Positions 29,256 through 39,013 are shown, counted from the first letter of the stretch. The stretch: 40,375 nt of DNA from Candidatus Uhrbacteria bacterium (GCA_016235605.1 JACRJW010000078.1:1-40375), one strand, 5' to 3'. Numbers and translations: made by a program. The notes: generated from the letters alone by a model not told the origin.

Positions 29256-30701
29256 ATGGATGACTTGTTGACGGTCACGGTCGCAAAAAAACTACTCGAG
29301 AAGGGAACGATAAGTTCAGAGACGCTCGTGAGTATGTGCCTTGAACGCATCAAGGCTCAGGATGAAAAGACGCATGCATTTTTGGGTTTGTCGCAAACGG
29401 CCATTGAGGAAGCGCGTGCTATTGACGTGCGTCGCAAAGCGGGTGATGAGCTCGGTCCACTTGCTGGCATCCCGGTCGCCATGAAGGACAACATGCTCGT
29501 GCAGGGCTGGGAGTCCACAGCAGGCGCGCTCATTTTGGAGGGCCACAAGGGAGCGTACAACGCGACGGTCACACAACGATTGAAAGATGCTGGCGCGATT
29601 TTGATTGGTCGCACAAACATGGACGACGCGGCGATGGGATCCTCAACCGAGACTTCACATTGGGGGCCAACAAAAAATCCATGGGACACCACAAAAGTTC
29701 CAGGAGGCTCAAGCGGAGGTTCAGCAGCGGCTGTGGCGGCTGGATTTGTTCCAGTGGCCTTTGGATCTGATACCGGTGGATCGATTCGCCAGCCGGCGTC
29801 ACTCTGCGGAGTCGTTGGGCTTAAACCAACCTATGGCCGCGTGTCTCGTTATGGTTTGATCGCGCTCTCGTCAAGCCTCGATCAGATTGGTCTGTTTGCG
29901 CACACCGTGGAAGACGCTAGCCTCATGTTGCAAGTCATCGAAGGAAAAGATCCGCATGATGCAACGTCGGTTGATCTTACACAGACAACGGTTCCAGAGT
30001 TGATCGAGAAGGACGTCAGTGGATTGAGACTTGGTCTTCCAAAAGAGTACTTCCTCGAAGGCATGGATCCTCAAGTCAAAAAAACGGTGCTTGAGGCTGT
30101 CGAGCGTCTAGAAAAAGCGGGCGCAAAGATCGAAGAGATCTCGTTGCCGCATGCTGAGTACGCGCTCGCAACGTACTATATCATCCAGCCTGCTGAGGCA
30201 TCATCAAACCTTGGACGCTTTGACGGTTTGCGCTACGGGTATCACTCAAGCGGCCAGAATTTGAAAGAGACCTACGAGCGGACGCGCGGCGAAGGGTTTG
30301 GTAGGGAAGTGAAGCGCCGCATCATGCTTGGCTCCTACACGCTCTCGGCCGGCTACTACGATGCGTATTATCGCAAGGCGCTTAAAGTGCGGTCGCTCAT
30401 CAAAAAAGATTTCGATGACGCACTGAAAATCGTCGACGCGATCGTGACACCGACCAGTCCATCCGTCGCCTGGGGACTCGGCGAAAAATTCAACGATCCT
30501 CTCACGATGTATCTCTCCGACATCTACACCATCACCGCCAACCTCGCGACCATTCCCGCCATGTCGATCCCGTGTGGATTTGTGGATGACCTCCCAGTCG
30601 GTTTACAGATTATGGGCAAGCCGTTTGATGAGTACACGCTATTTAAGATTGGTGCGACGTATCAGTCACTGACGGATTGGCATCTTCGAACTCCTTCATG
30701 A
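29256..30701 (+). CDS. gatA: Asp/Glu-tRNA amidotransferase subunit A
   Basis: Amidase signature GIPVAMKDN, PGGSSGGS, GSDTGGSIRQPA, EVKRRIMLG, SAGYYDAYY. Confidence 0.97.
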   Translation: MDDLLTVTVAKKLLEKGTISSETLVSMCLERIKAQDEKTHAFLGLSQTAIEEARAIDVRRKAGDELGPLAGIPVAMKDNMLVQGWESTAGALILEGHKGAYNATVTQRLKDAGAILIGRTNMDDAAMGSSTETSHWGPTKNPWDTTKVPGGSSGGSAAAVAAGFVPVAFGSDTGGSIRQPASLCGVVGLKPTYGRVSRYGLIALSSSLDQIGLFAHTVEDASLMLQVIEGKDPHDATSVDLTQTTVPELIEKDVSGLRLGLPKEYFLEGMDPQVKKTVLEAVERLEKAGAKIEEISLPHAEYALATYYIIQPAEASSNLGRFDGLRYGYHSSGQNLKETYERTRGEGFGREVKRRIMLGSYTLSAGYYDAYYRKALKVRSLIKKDFDDALKIVDAIVTPTSPSVAWGLGEKFNDPLTMYLSDIYTITANLATIPAMSIPCGFVDDLPVGLQIMGKPFDEYTLFKIGATYQSLTDWHLRTPS

Positions 30702-31453
30702 TCCCTTATTTCCAATTATTGTCGTTTGATCTTGGTCCCATTCCTATCCAGGTGTGGGGACTTATGGTCGCCTTGGGAATTTTGGCGGCAACGTGGGTAG
30801 CTGCGAAGATGGCGAAAACGCGCGGACAGGATCCACAGGTTATTTGGGATCTGTCCGCTAGGGTGATCATCGCCGCATTTATCGGCGCCAGACTCATTCA
30901 CGCGGTTTACGAGCCAGCAACGTACCTTCAAGATCCTCTCGAATTTTTTCGTATTTGGCATGGCGGCTTCTCGATCATGGGAGGATTCCTCGGAGCGCTT
31001 CCGGCTGGCATCTGGTTCCTGCGCAAAAAATACGTCGATGTTTATGCCTACGCAGACACCGCCGTGTTCGGCCTCCCGCTAGGAATTTTCATCGGTCGCA
31101 TCGGTTGCTTCCTCATCCACGACCATCCAGGCACGCTTACCGATTTTGCTCTGGGCGTAAAGTATCCCGACGGCGTTCGTCATGACCTAGGTCTCTACGA
31201 TTCGATCAATGGATTGATTTTGTTCCTGCTATTCCTCTGGCTCGCTCATCGCAAGATGAAGACAGGAACGTTCGTTGTCGTGTTCCTTCTTTGGTACGGC
31301 GTCGTGAGATTTTTTTCTGACTTTCTTCGCGCCACCAACGGCCCGATTGTGGACACTCGATATTTCAATCTGACGCCAGCGCAGTATCTGGCCGTGGTGA
31401 TGGTGGTCGGGGGAGTGTGGATGTGGAGAAGGAAATTGCCGACGGAAGTTTGA
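30698..31453 (+). CDS. lgt: Prolipoprotein diacylglyceryl transferase
   Basis: IGARL, WHGGFSIMGG, GRIGCF, YGVVRF; multi-TM. Confidence 0.9.
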   Translation: MIPYFQLLSFDLGPIPIQVWGLMVALGILAATWVAAKMAKTRGQDPQVIWDLSARVIIAAFIGARLIHAVYEPATYLQDPLEFFRIWHGGFSIMGGFLGALPAGIWFLRKKYVDVYAYADTAVFGLPLGIFIGRIGCFLIHDHPGTLTDFALGVKYPDGVRHDLGLYDSINGLILFLLFLWLAHRKMKTGTFVVVFLLWYGVVRFFSDFLRATNGPIVDTRYFNLTPAQYLAVVMVVGGVWMWRRKLPTEV

Positions 31454-31495
31454 CAAAAAGCTCAACAAAAAATAGCCTAGAGACAAGGCTATTTT
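31450..31495 (+). promoter_or_regulatory. Promoter overlapped by a palindrome (terminator or operator)
   Basis: TTGACA-17-TAGCCT; AAAATAGCCT-AGAGACA-AGGCTATTTT inverted repeat covers the -10. Confidence 0.55.
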
Positions 31496-31526
31496 GATTT
31501 ATTAAAAGTCATTTTCATTCTCACCT

Positions 31527-32282
31527 ATGGCGCGTACACCGAAACTTTCTGAGGACAGCCTGGAACTCCTTGGACTGACCGCGAAGGATATGACCGTCTA
31601 CACGGCACTGCTCAAACTCGGTACAGCTCCACTGCGACGGATTGCAGAGGAGTCTGGCCATAATCGAGGCACAGTGTATGACGCGCTTAAGCATCTCCTT
31701 GATTTGGGACTGGTGTCCCACGTGGACGCCAAGACCCATCGATATTTCACGGCCGAGGATCCGCACAAGCTGCGAGGCCTCGCGACACGCCGCGAAGTCG
31801 CCATTCAAGAAGTGCAACTGAACCTTGCAGACGTCGTGCCGCAGTTGCAGGAACTTCTTGGGAGAAGCGCCCATCGTCCAACCGTGTGGTACTACGAGGG
31901 TGAACAAGGTGTGCGGGATATTCTTGAGGATCTTCTCAAGGTAACGGAGCGCGCAGATTCGAAATTGTTTCGTGTGTATTCCTCCGAAGGCATTCGTGAC
32001 CTGATTGCGCATGCCTGGCCAGGTTTCATCAAGCATCGTATTGCCAAACATGTTCGCGTCAGAGCGATTGCGATCGGCAAAGGCGGTCGTACGCACGGAC
32101 TCGATGAACGTAAATGGCTGTCGCAGTCCGACTCGGCGCCGTCGTACATTTTCATCTATCCAGGCAAGACCGCGTTTGTCTCACTTGACGATCGTCGTCA
32201 GCTATTCGGTGTGATCATCGACGATGAAGCCGTTTCGGCCACACAGGAGATGATTTTCGATGCCTTGTGGAAGATGATGTGA
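31527..32282 (+). CDS. TrmB-family transcriptional regulator
   Basis: LGLTAKDMTVYTALL..G, HTH (IAEESGHNRGTVYDALKHL..GLV), YYEGEQG, C-terminal IFDALW. Confidence 0.9.
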   Translation: MARTPKLSEDSLELLGLTAKDMTVYTALLKLGTAPLRRIAEESGHNRGTVYDALKHLLDLGLVSHVDAKTHRYFTAEDPHKLRGLATRREVAIQEVQLNLADVVPQLQELLGRSAHRPTVWYYEGEQGVRDILEDLLKVTERADSKLFRVYSSEGIRDLIAHAWPGFIKHRIAKHVRVRAIAIGKGGRTHGLDERKWLSQSDSAPSYIFIYPGKTAFVSLDDRRQLFGVIIDDEAVSATQEMIFDALWKMM

Positions 32283-32291
32283 TTTTGTTTT

Positions 32292-32350
32292 GGGGTCAGG
32301 TCGGGCTATGGGCTTTTTTCATAAAATAGCCCGTAGCCCGACCTGACCCC
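32292..32350. repeat. 59-bp REP-like palindrome (GGGGTCAGGTC arms) between convergent genes
   Basis: GGGGTCAGGTCGGGCTATGGGCT ... AGCCCGTAGCCCGACCTGACCCC, 22/23 complementary. Confidence 0.85.
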
Positions 32351-32357
32351 CATTCAT

Positions 32358-32720
32358 TTACCCCCAAAAACCTTTTGGACTTTTTGTTGAGGGTGGGGGA
32401 GAGACAGGCTTGTGTTCTGATTTGAGATTTTGGACGAACTGCGCGATTCTGTTCATTTCAGCTTCCACCAGCGGCCCTTCGTATTCCCCGGCGTGGGCTG
32501 AGGTCCCGTGGTAGCTCGCCGCCTTCTGGTCCACATGCAGGTTCACTTGTATGCCACCGCCGTGATCTTCGATGTAGGCGTGGTAGCGCGGAAACAGTTC
32601 ACCGGTGACGCGCAGGGTGTAGCTCAACTGTCCTTCATGTCCGCGATGTTCGCCGTAGCCCAGTCGTCGTACGAAACCGCGCGCGTTCTCACTCAGGGGG
32701 CCAGGAAAAAACTGTTTCAT
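32358..32720 (-). CDS. Hypothetical protein (paralog A)
   Basis: FPRYHA...NLHVD...H..EYEG.LVEAEM.RI; start overlaps the upstream stop. Confidence 0.8.
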   Translation of the reverse strand: MKQFFPGPLSENARGFVRRLGYGEHRGHEGQLSYTLRVTGELFPRYHAYIEDHGGGIQVNLHVDQKAASYHGTSAHAGEYEGPLVEAEMNRIAQFVQNLKSEHKPVSPPPSTKSPKGFWG

Positions 32721-33130
32721 AGTTTGGATCTGAAGGTAAACAAGATTTCAAAAAGGGAACGCTTCACTTTTTCTGGAGCCGTTGCCTTCATGTTCGAATG
32801 GTTGGGGCGATTGATTTCCCCGATCGTCTGTTTCCCACTGACCGCCTGCACGACTCGATGCATCTCCTCATCAACGCGCCCACCCTCGTACGCCCACGGT
32901 TGATCGTGGTTCCCTCTGTGGGTAATGCTGTCGAGTGCATCAAGATGGAGGTCGATCTCGATGCCATTTTCGCGAACGGATACCAGCGCATGGAACCGCG
33001 GAAACGGCGGGTCATTGAGACTTCGGTGATAGCATGATCTCCCAACATCGACACAATGCCGAACATAGCTCGCACGAGCCATAAGTGCGTCTGAGGTCTG
33101 TTTTTCTGGGTTGGGTATGAATCGACGCAT
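32717..33130 (-). CDS. Hypothetical protein (paralog B)
   Basis: FPRFHA...DLHLD...H...AYEG.RVDEEM.RV; start moved to ATG 33130, TACAGT -10 upstream. Confidence 0.75.
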   Translation of the reverse strand: MRRFIPNPEKQTSDALMARASYVRHCVDVGRSCYHRSLNDPPFPRFHALVSVRENGIEIDLHLDALDSITHRGNHDQPWAYEGGRVDEEMHRVVQAVSGKQTIGEINRPNHSNMKATAPEKVKRSLFEILFTFRSKL

Positions 33131-33216
33131 ATCCCACAAACACTGTACATGCTCTTGACAATTAAGCCAAAAATTTGGTTTACTTTTATTGCTCATGTGA
33201 GCAGGAGGTTCTCGTC

Positions 33217-33765
33217 ATGCGACATTATTTTTTTCTGGGCGCGCTTTCGATTCTCTCCGCGGTCAGCTTTCCCAGTTCCGCCTCAGCGTGTCCATGTGAA
33301 TGTCCGACGGCAGAGGAACCTGTGGCTGAACAGACGGTGACCATCACCGCGATCGAACAGCCCGAGATTCCCGCCGCGCGCCAGTTCGTTGTCGTGCCGC
33401 TCGATCCCGCATCCGTCGCAGGACAAGACGCCGTGAAGGTCGTCGCTGGCGTCATGACTCCAGAGCGTGTGACACATCGCGCCTTCGATGCCGAGATGAT
33501 CGAATCGACGTGGCTCGTTCCGTTCACGTGCGAGGAACTTGATCGCGTGGTCAACGCGGTCTATGCCCGTCACGGTTTTTTCTTCCCCAAGGGCGAAACT
33601 CGCGTCTCCTTCCTCCACTTCGACCTGCGCTATCAGCCCGACATGAACCAGAAGGTCATCCAGATCGAAGCGAAATTCACGAGCCAGGATCAGCTCACGC
33701 TCCTGCGCGCCGAGATGGCTCTGGAGAACCACAACTGCGTGAGCGAGGAGCGAAATGCAGACTGA
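33217..33765 (+). CDS. Secreted YARHG-domain protein
   Basis: AGGAGG SD; signal peptide ending ASA; ELDRVVNAVYARHGFFF motif. Confidence 0.85.
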   Translation: MRHYFFLGALSILSAVSFPSSASACPCECPTAEEPVAEQTVTITAIEQPEIPAARQFVVVPLDPASVAGQDAVKVVAGVMTPERVTHRAFDAEMIESTWLVPFTCEELDRVVNAVYARHGFFFPKGETRVSFLHFDLRYQPDMNQKVIQIEAKFTSQDQLTLLRAEMALENHNCVSEERNAD

Positions 33766-33846
33766 TCTTGTCCACCCGCGTTTCCCTAGGACACACCTGG
33801 GGATTTTCTTTTCCAGAAGACTTTGTTATAGTTTCGACCGTCTTGT

Positions 33847-33934
33847 GGAGAGGTCGCATAGTGGCCTAGTGCGCTCGCTTGGAAAGCGAGTATGCCGAAA
33901 GGTATCCAGGGTTCGAATCCCTGCCTCTCCGCCA
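33847..33934 (+). tRNA. tRNA-Ser (anticodon GGA)
   Basis: GGAGAGG acceptor; CTCGC-TTGGAAA-GCGAG; long variable arm; GGTTCGAATCC; GCCA end. Confidence 0.97.
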
Positions 33935-33935
33935 T

Positions 33936-33970
33936 AAAAAATCCACTGCTTTGTGCAGCGGATTTTTTTT
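33936..33970. terminator. Bidirectional intrinsic terminator
   Basis: AAAAATCCACTGC-TTTGT-GCAGCGGATTTTTTTT. Confidence 0.8.
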
Positions 33971-33980
33971 CGACACAAAG

Positions 33981-34385
33981 TCACTTCACCTTCACCACGC
34001 AACTTGCCAGAATGACATCGGGTTTGAAGCCTTCGATTTTTGCTCCCCTCCCTCTGCTTAAATCGCGCAAGACATTCATCACCTCGCCAGCGATGGCGCC
34101 GGTGCCGTGGCCGTAGATCACGCGGACCATCTTTCCAGGATTCTCACTGAGCAATTTGTCGATGCCAAACGCCACGTCCTCACGATGCATGCCGTGAAAA
34201 TCGACGTTGGGTAAGAGTTTGTCCATCATGGCGATGTTAAGCTGCTGGTCCAAAGTCATCTCCTCGTCCGGCTGGTTTTCACCTTTTTTGGCCGCCAGGC
34301 GTTCTTTTTTTGTTGGGGCGACCCAAGTGTCCAGTTGATCTTTTTTTGGCTGGGCTCCTCGTCCCATTTCTGCGCGTCTGCCCAT
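33981..34385 (-). CDS. Stand-alone Smr-domain protein
   Basis: VDFHGM...VRVIYGHGTGAI, matching the Smr LDLHG...IHGKG pattern. Confidence 0.85.
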   Translation of the reverse strand: MGRRAEMGRGAQPKKDQLDTWVAPTKKERLAAKKGENQPDEEMTLDQQLNIAMMDKLLPNVDFHGMHREDVAFGIDKLLSENPGKMVRVIYGHGTGAIAGEVMNVLRDLSRGRGAKIEGFKPDVILASCVVKVK

Positions 34386-34469
34386 AGGATTGAGCGGATA
34401 ATGTTTTTCAATACAGTGATTATACCAGATCGATTTATGAGCCTCGGTTATGGTAGGCTAGGGGACAGT

Positions 34470-36287
34470 ATGGACCCCAAGGATGAGATTAAACAAAAAA
34501 TTGACATCGTCGAGCTTGTGGGTGAGTACGTCCAGCTCAAGGTGGCTGGGTCTTCGGGACTGAAAGGGCTGTGCCCGTTTCATGGCGAGAAGACGCCGAG
34601 CTTCCATGTCTCGCGCGATCGGCAGATTTGGCATTGCTTTGGATGCGGCGAGGGAGGCGACTGTTTTGCCTTCACGATGAAGATGGACGGGATGTCGTTT
34701 CCCGAGGCGCTTATGCATCTGGGAAAAAAGACCGGCGTGGAAGTCCGACGCCTTCCGACGGTGGAGACGAATGCAAAGTCAAGAATGTATCAGGTGAATG
34801 AACTGGCGCAAAAATTTTTTCGAAAAGTGCTTTTGGATTCTGGGAGCGCGGCATCGGCTCGAGCGTATGTGGAGTCACGGGCTATTCCTCTGGAACTCGC
34901 GGAGCTCTTTGGAATCGGTTTTGCGCCGGACGAATGGGACGCACTGTCTCAATTTCTCCGCAAGCGCGGATTCTCCGAGGTGGAGCTCATCGAGGCAGGA
35001 GTCTCCCTGAAGAAAAAAAGCGGTGTAGGCGTGATCGATCGATTTCGAAATCGGCTGATGATTCCACTGCGTGATCATCATGGGAATACGGTTGGGTTTA
35101 CAGGGCGCTCGCTTCCGACCTACAACCTACAACCTACAACCTTCGATTCGCCTAAATACATGAACTCACCCGAGACGCCGGTGTATCATAAAGGTTCGCT
35201 CGTTTTTGGTCTTGATTTGGCCAAACGCTGCATTCGAGAGAAAGGTTTTGTCGTGATCGTGGAAGGGAATCTCGACGTGGTTGCCTCGCACAAAGCTTAT
35301 GTGGAAAATATCATTGCGAGCTCCGGCACCGCTCTGACACAAGACCAACTGATTCTTCTCAAGCGCTACACCGAGACAGCCGTATTTGCATTTGATGCGG
35401 ACGCGGCGGGATTTGCCGCAGCAAAAAAGGGGATCAGTCTGGCCCGTGGGCTTGGGTTTGATGTGCGTGCGGCGATTCTTCCAGACGGTGTGAAGGATCC
35501 AGACGAGCTGGTGCAGAAAGATCCGACCGCATGGAAAAATCTTGTTGAGAAGTCTGTGCCGATCATGGAATTTTTGATCGCGCACGTCACCAAGGGAAAA
35601 GATTTGCGACAGGTTGATGACAAGCGTGTCGTGGCCAAGGAACTCTTGCCAGCCATTTCTGAAATGTCGTCCGTGGTTGAGCGTGAGCATTGGCTGCAGA
35701 TCGTTGCGGACCTTTTGAGTATCTCGTCTGATCAGTTGCGTTCTTCCTTGCAGCCCAAACCCTCGGAGCCCTTGAAGCCCTCGCAGCCTTCGACGCCCTT
35801 GAAGCCCCTCCCAAAAGACGAACAAGCCCGCCGGCTTCTTTTCGGCTACGCGATTCAGACTTCATCACAGTTTCAAACCATCCTTTCGCGTTTAGAACCT
35901 TTTCTAACTTCCTACAACCTACAACCTACGACCTACGACCTTTCCCTGTGGATAACCCTTTACAAGCTCTCCCGCAGCGCGTATGATCCAAGCAGTCAAG
36001 CAGCTAAAACATCGCATTTTTCAAGGATTCGTACTCTCACGTCCGGTCATCCCCACCAAGAAGCCCTCGAGGCACTTCTTGATACATCACTTTTGATGGC
36101 CGAAGAAACGTTTGGAGACATCCCTGAATCACAGATGCTGCAGCAAATTGAACATCTTTTCTCTCTCTTGAACACGCTGAGTACCAGTCGTGATCGTGAG
36201 GCGTTGGCGCGAGCGTTGCGTCAAGCGGAGCTTGCGGGAGATGAAGAAGAAGTCAAGCGTCTTTTAAGTACCATGCCTCGATTATGA
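34470..36287 (+). CDS. dnaG: DNA primase
   Basis: [15 protein letters not shown] zinc finger, [37 protein letters not shown]. Confidence 0.97.
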   Translation: MDPKDEIKQKIDIVELVGEYVQLKVAGSSGLKGLCPFHGEKTPSFHVSRDRQIWHCFGCGEGGDCFAFTMKMDGMSFPEALMHLGKKTGVEVRRLPTVETNAKSRMYQVNELAQKFFRKVLLDSGSAASARAYVESRAIPLELAELFGIGFAPDEWDALSQFLRKRGFSEVELIEAGVSLKKKSGVGVIDRFRNRLMIPLRDHHGNTVGFTGRSLPTYNLQPTTFDSPKYMNSPETPVYHKGSLVFGLDLAKRCIREKGFVVIVEGNLDVVASHKAYVENIIASSGTALTQDQLILLKRYTETAVFAFDADAAGFAAAKKGISLARGLGFDVRAAILPDGVKDPDELVQKDPTAWKNLVEKSVPIMEFLIAHVTKGKDLRQVDDKRVVAKELLPAISEMSSVVEREHWLQIVADLLSISSDQLRSSLQPKPSEPLKPSQPSTPLKPLPKDEQARRLLFGYAIQTSSQFQTILSRLEPFLTSYNLQPTTYDLSLWITLYKLSRSAYDPSSQAAKTSHFSRIRTLTSGHPHQEALEALLDTSLLMAEETFGDIPESQMLQQIEHLFSLLNTLSTSRDREALARALRQAELAGDEEEVKRLLSTMPRL

Positions 36288-37525
36288 AGAAGCCGCACAA
36301 GAAAAAAAATCGTTATCACTCGCAAAAAAAGAAAGTGGTAAAGCCACAGCAGAAGAAGAAAATGCAGGCGAAGAAATTTCCTGCGGTCAAAAAATATGTT
36401 CACGTTGCTGAGCCAAAGATCCGTTACAAGCGCGCGGAGCCGCCATCGGAGATCGTGCTTGAGAAACTCGTCGACAAGGGCATGCGCCGCGGGTACATCA
36501 CCGAGAACGAGATTCTTTTTACGTTTACGGATCTCGAGGACTATCTTGATGTCTTTGAGGATTTTTTGGATGAGCTCGAGCGCGTGGGTGTGCACTTTGT
36601 CGAAGTGAAGGAAGGCATCCTTGGTCGCGAGAAAGAACGAGGCGATGTGTACGACAAGATTCGCGTCAGTGAAGACGCACGTCGCACCGTGTTGCCAGAC
36701 ATCACGCAGGACTCCATCCAAATGTACTTGCGCGAGATCGGCAAGATCCCGTTGCTCACAGGAGAAATGGAAGTTGCGCTGGCCAAGCGTAAGGAACGCA
36801 ACGAAAAAGAAGCCGAGCGTCGGCTCATTGAGGCGAACTTGCGCCTCGTCGTTTCAATCGCGAAAAAATTCGTCGGCAAGTCCATGTCGCTCTTGGATTT
36901 GATTCAGGAAGGCAACATCGGTTTGTTCCGCGCCGTGAAAAAATTTGAATATCGTAAAGGCTACAAATTTTCTACCTATGCGACTTGGTGGATTCGCCAA
37001 GCGATCACACGCGCGCTTGCCGACCAGTCTCGCACGATCCGTATTCCAGTGCACATGGTGGAGACGATTAACAAGTTTCAACAAATTGAGCGTCAGCTCA
37101 TCCAAGACTTGGGACGCGAACCGCTCGCCGAGGAAATCGCCGCCGAAATGGGACAACCGATCGAGAAAGTTCGCCACATCCGAAAAATTTCACAAGAAAC
37201 GGTCTCGCTTGAAACGTCCGTGGGAGACGATGACGAAGATTCCAAGCTCGAAGACTTTATCGAGGACGTGAAAACAATCTCGCCAGACCGTACCGCCGCG
37301 CGTGAGCTTCTCAAAGACTACGTGAACAAAGCGATGGAAGGTCTCACTCCGCGTGAGCAGAAGATTCTTGAAATGCGCTTCGGCCTCACCGACGGCGTGA
37401 GTCACACCTTGGAAGAAGTCGGCCGCGAATTCGACGTCACCCGCGAACGTATCCGCCAAATCGAAGCCAAGGCGCTTGAAAAGATCCAAGCCAATCCTTT
37501 GATCGAGAAGTTGAGGGATTACTAA
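36284..37525 (+). CDS. rpoD: Primary sigma factor RpoD/SigA with Lys-rich N-terminal extension
   Basis: [64 protein letters not shown]. Confidence 0.97.
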   Translation: MKKPHKKKNRYHSQKKKVVKPQQKKKMQAKKFPAVKKYVHVAEPKIRYKRAEPPSEIVLEKLVDKGMRRGYITENEILFTFTDLEDYLDVFEDFLDELERVGVHFVEVKEGILGREKERGDVYDKIRVSEDARRTVLPDITQDSIQMYLREIGKIPLLTGEMEVALAKRKERNEKEAERRLIEANLRLVVSIAKKFVGKSMSLLDLIQEGNIGLFRAVKKFEYRKGYKFSTYATWWIRQAITRALADQSRTIRIPVHMVETINKFQQIERQLIQDLGREPLAEEIAAEMGQPIEKVRHIRKISQETVSLETSVGDDDEDSKLEDFIEDVKTISPDRTAARELLKDYVNKAMEGLTPREQKILEMRFGLTDGVSHTLEEVGREFDVTRERIRQIEAKALEKIQANPLIEKLRDY

Positions 37526-37626
37526 ATGGGGTCAGGTCCGGAATCGGGAATTCGTTGGACACAAAACATTACCCGGTAACGTCGTTTTGGCTGAGCTGAG
37601 CCAAAATAGAAAACCGCCTGTCGCTT

Positions 37627-38058
37627 TTACAGCTTCAGACGGTAGAGGTTGGTGTCGCGAACGGCGAATCCAAGAGAGCGGTAGAGACGGTTCGCAGCCT
37701 CGCGTTCTGGCTCACTGCACAAGTCGATGCGTTCGATGCCGATCTCGCGCGCGTGGGCGATGAGCTGGAGCGTCAACTCTCTGCCGATGCCGCGACCGCG
37801 ATACATCCTGTCAACGACGACGTCCTCGATGTGGCCGCTCACGTGGCTGATCGAGAACATCGCGACCAACAGAGCCGTGCCGACGATATCTCCCTCAAGC
37901 TCGTCATCGCGAGCGACGACGAGCTCGTGGGTCAGAGCCGTCGTGTGGAGATCAGTGAGCGTGAGTTCACGAGGAGCAGAAGAGAGCTGTCGGATCAGCC
38001 GCACGAGTTGCGCGTGATCCTTGATCGTCGGATTGATGAGACGCGAGTACGTGATCAT
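37627..38058 (-). CDS. GNAT family N-acetyltransferase
   Basis: GHIEDVVVD..YRGRGIG acetyl-CoA motif; AANRLYRSLGF; ATGA overlap with the HAD gene. Confidence 0.92.
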   Translation of the reverse strand: MITYSRLINPTIKDHAQLVRLIRQLSSAPRELTLTDLHTTALTHELVVARDDELEGDIVGTALLVAMFSISHVSGHIEDVVVDRMYRGRGIGRELTLQLIAHAREIGIERIDLCSEPEREAANRLYRSLGFAVRDTNLYRLKL

Positions 38059-38702
38059 TTGGCACACTTCTGGTTGATGGAGAGAATCACATCGAGGGCT
38101 TGTGGTAGATCGTTCACGACATGATGTGCGTCGTCAGATCGGCGGATGTCGTCGCTCCGGCGAATTTGGATACGATGGACGTCTGGCGCGATCGTGGCCA
38201 CTTGCTCATGCTCCCGCGCGCTGTCGTCCAAGAAGACCACATGTCCCGATACCGATGCACCACGGAGGATGACAGCCTTTTCGCCCGCCGTTGTGAAGTG
38301 CATCTCACGGAAGAATCCAGCAGGACGATCCAGGCCGTCGATCTTCAACTGCTGGTACGCACGATCGCCGAAGGTGAGGATCGATCGAGTGAGTCCGTGC
38401 TGTTTGAGAGCCTCCAAAAAGGCTGTTGTGTCGCTGTAGTTGATAGCACCCGAACGCACCCTTGCCTGGAAACGTGCACGTAGTTCCTTTGCCCACTTCA
38501 AGTCTGGATCGACGTCCATGGCACGCAGATGTCCCTCGAGCGTGTAGAGGTCACCGCGTTCCCAGATCATCACTCCTTGTGCGTACACGTGATCCGCTTT
38601 CAGATTCAGCCGCTCGGCGAGCTGGTTGATCCAGAGCGTCTGCCACAGTGGAAAGACGTTTACGAGCGTGAGGTCAAGGTCAAGGAAAAGATGGAGGTGC
38701 AT
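38055..38702 (-). CDS. HAD-superfamily hydrolase
   Basis: Motif I FLDLDLTL, motif II LTFG, Lys in GEKA, motif IV FLDDS. Confidence 0.85.
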   Translation of the reverse strand: MHLHLFLDLDLTLVNVFPLWQTLWINQLAERLNLKADHVYAQGVMIWERGDLYTLEGHLRAMDVDPDLKWAKELRARFQARVRSGAINYSDTTAFLEALKQHGLTRSILTFGDRAYQQLKIDGLDRPAGFFREMHFTTAGEKAVILRGASVSGHVVFLDDSAREHEQVATIAPDVHRIQIRRSDDIRRSDDAHHVVNDLPQALDVILSINQKCAK

Positions 38703-39013
38703 CAGTTGATCCTGGTGGCGCGGAAGCGACCCTTGGCCAGTTCGCGGCCGTCGCGTTCGACCGTGAAGCCGCCTTGGATACCATCATCGCCCTGCTCGAT
38801 CACTCCGCGGACGCGGTGCTGTCTGGAACCGCTCGCGAATGGTGCGTCGGAGAATTGTCCATGTGCGTCGGCTTGAGCCTCTCCTTCGCCGTAGTCGCCG
38901 ATGCGGAAACGCGTGCGGCCGTTGCCGAGTTTTTCGATCTCGATGATCGCTTCTTGTTGTTGCCTCCCCGTTGGGGTGACACTGACATGACCACGATAAC
39001 GTTCAGAGGACAT
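38702..39013 (-). CDS. Hypothetical beta-rich protein (103 aa)
   Basis: GGAG SD before ATG 39013; TGATG overlap with the HAD gene. Confidence 0.7.
   Translation of the reverse strand: MSSERYRGHVSVTPTGRQQQEAIIEIEKLGNGRTRFRIGDYGEGEAQADAHGQFSDAPFASGSRQHRVRGVIEQGDDGIQGGFTVERDGRELAKGRFRATRIN

Noticed and set aside
28949-30701. Missing gatB as evidence of a defective amidotransferase
   Set aside because: gatB is often unlinked and may lie outside the window
33847-37552. tRNA-anchored integrated element at tRNA-Ser (also tRNA-Gln and tRNA-CAT)
   Set aside because: No integrase and no duplicated tRNA 3' end noticed
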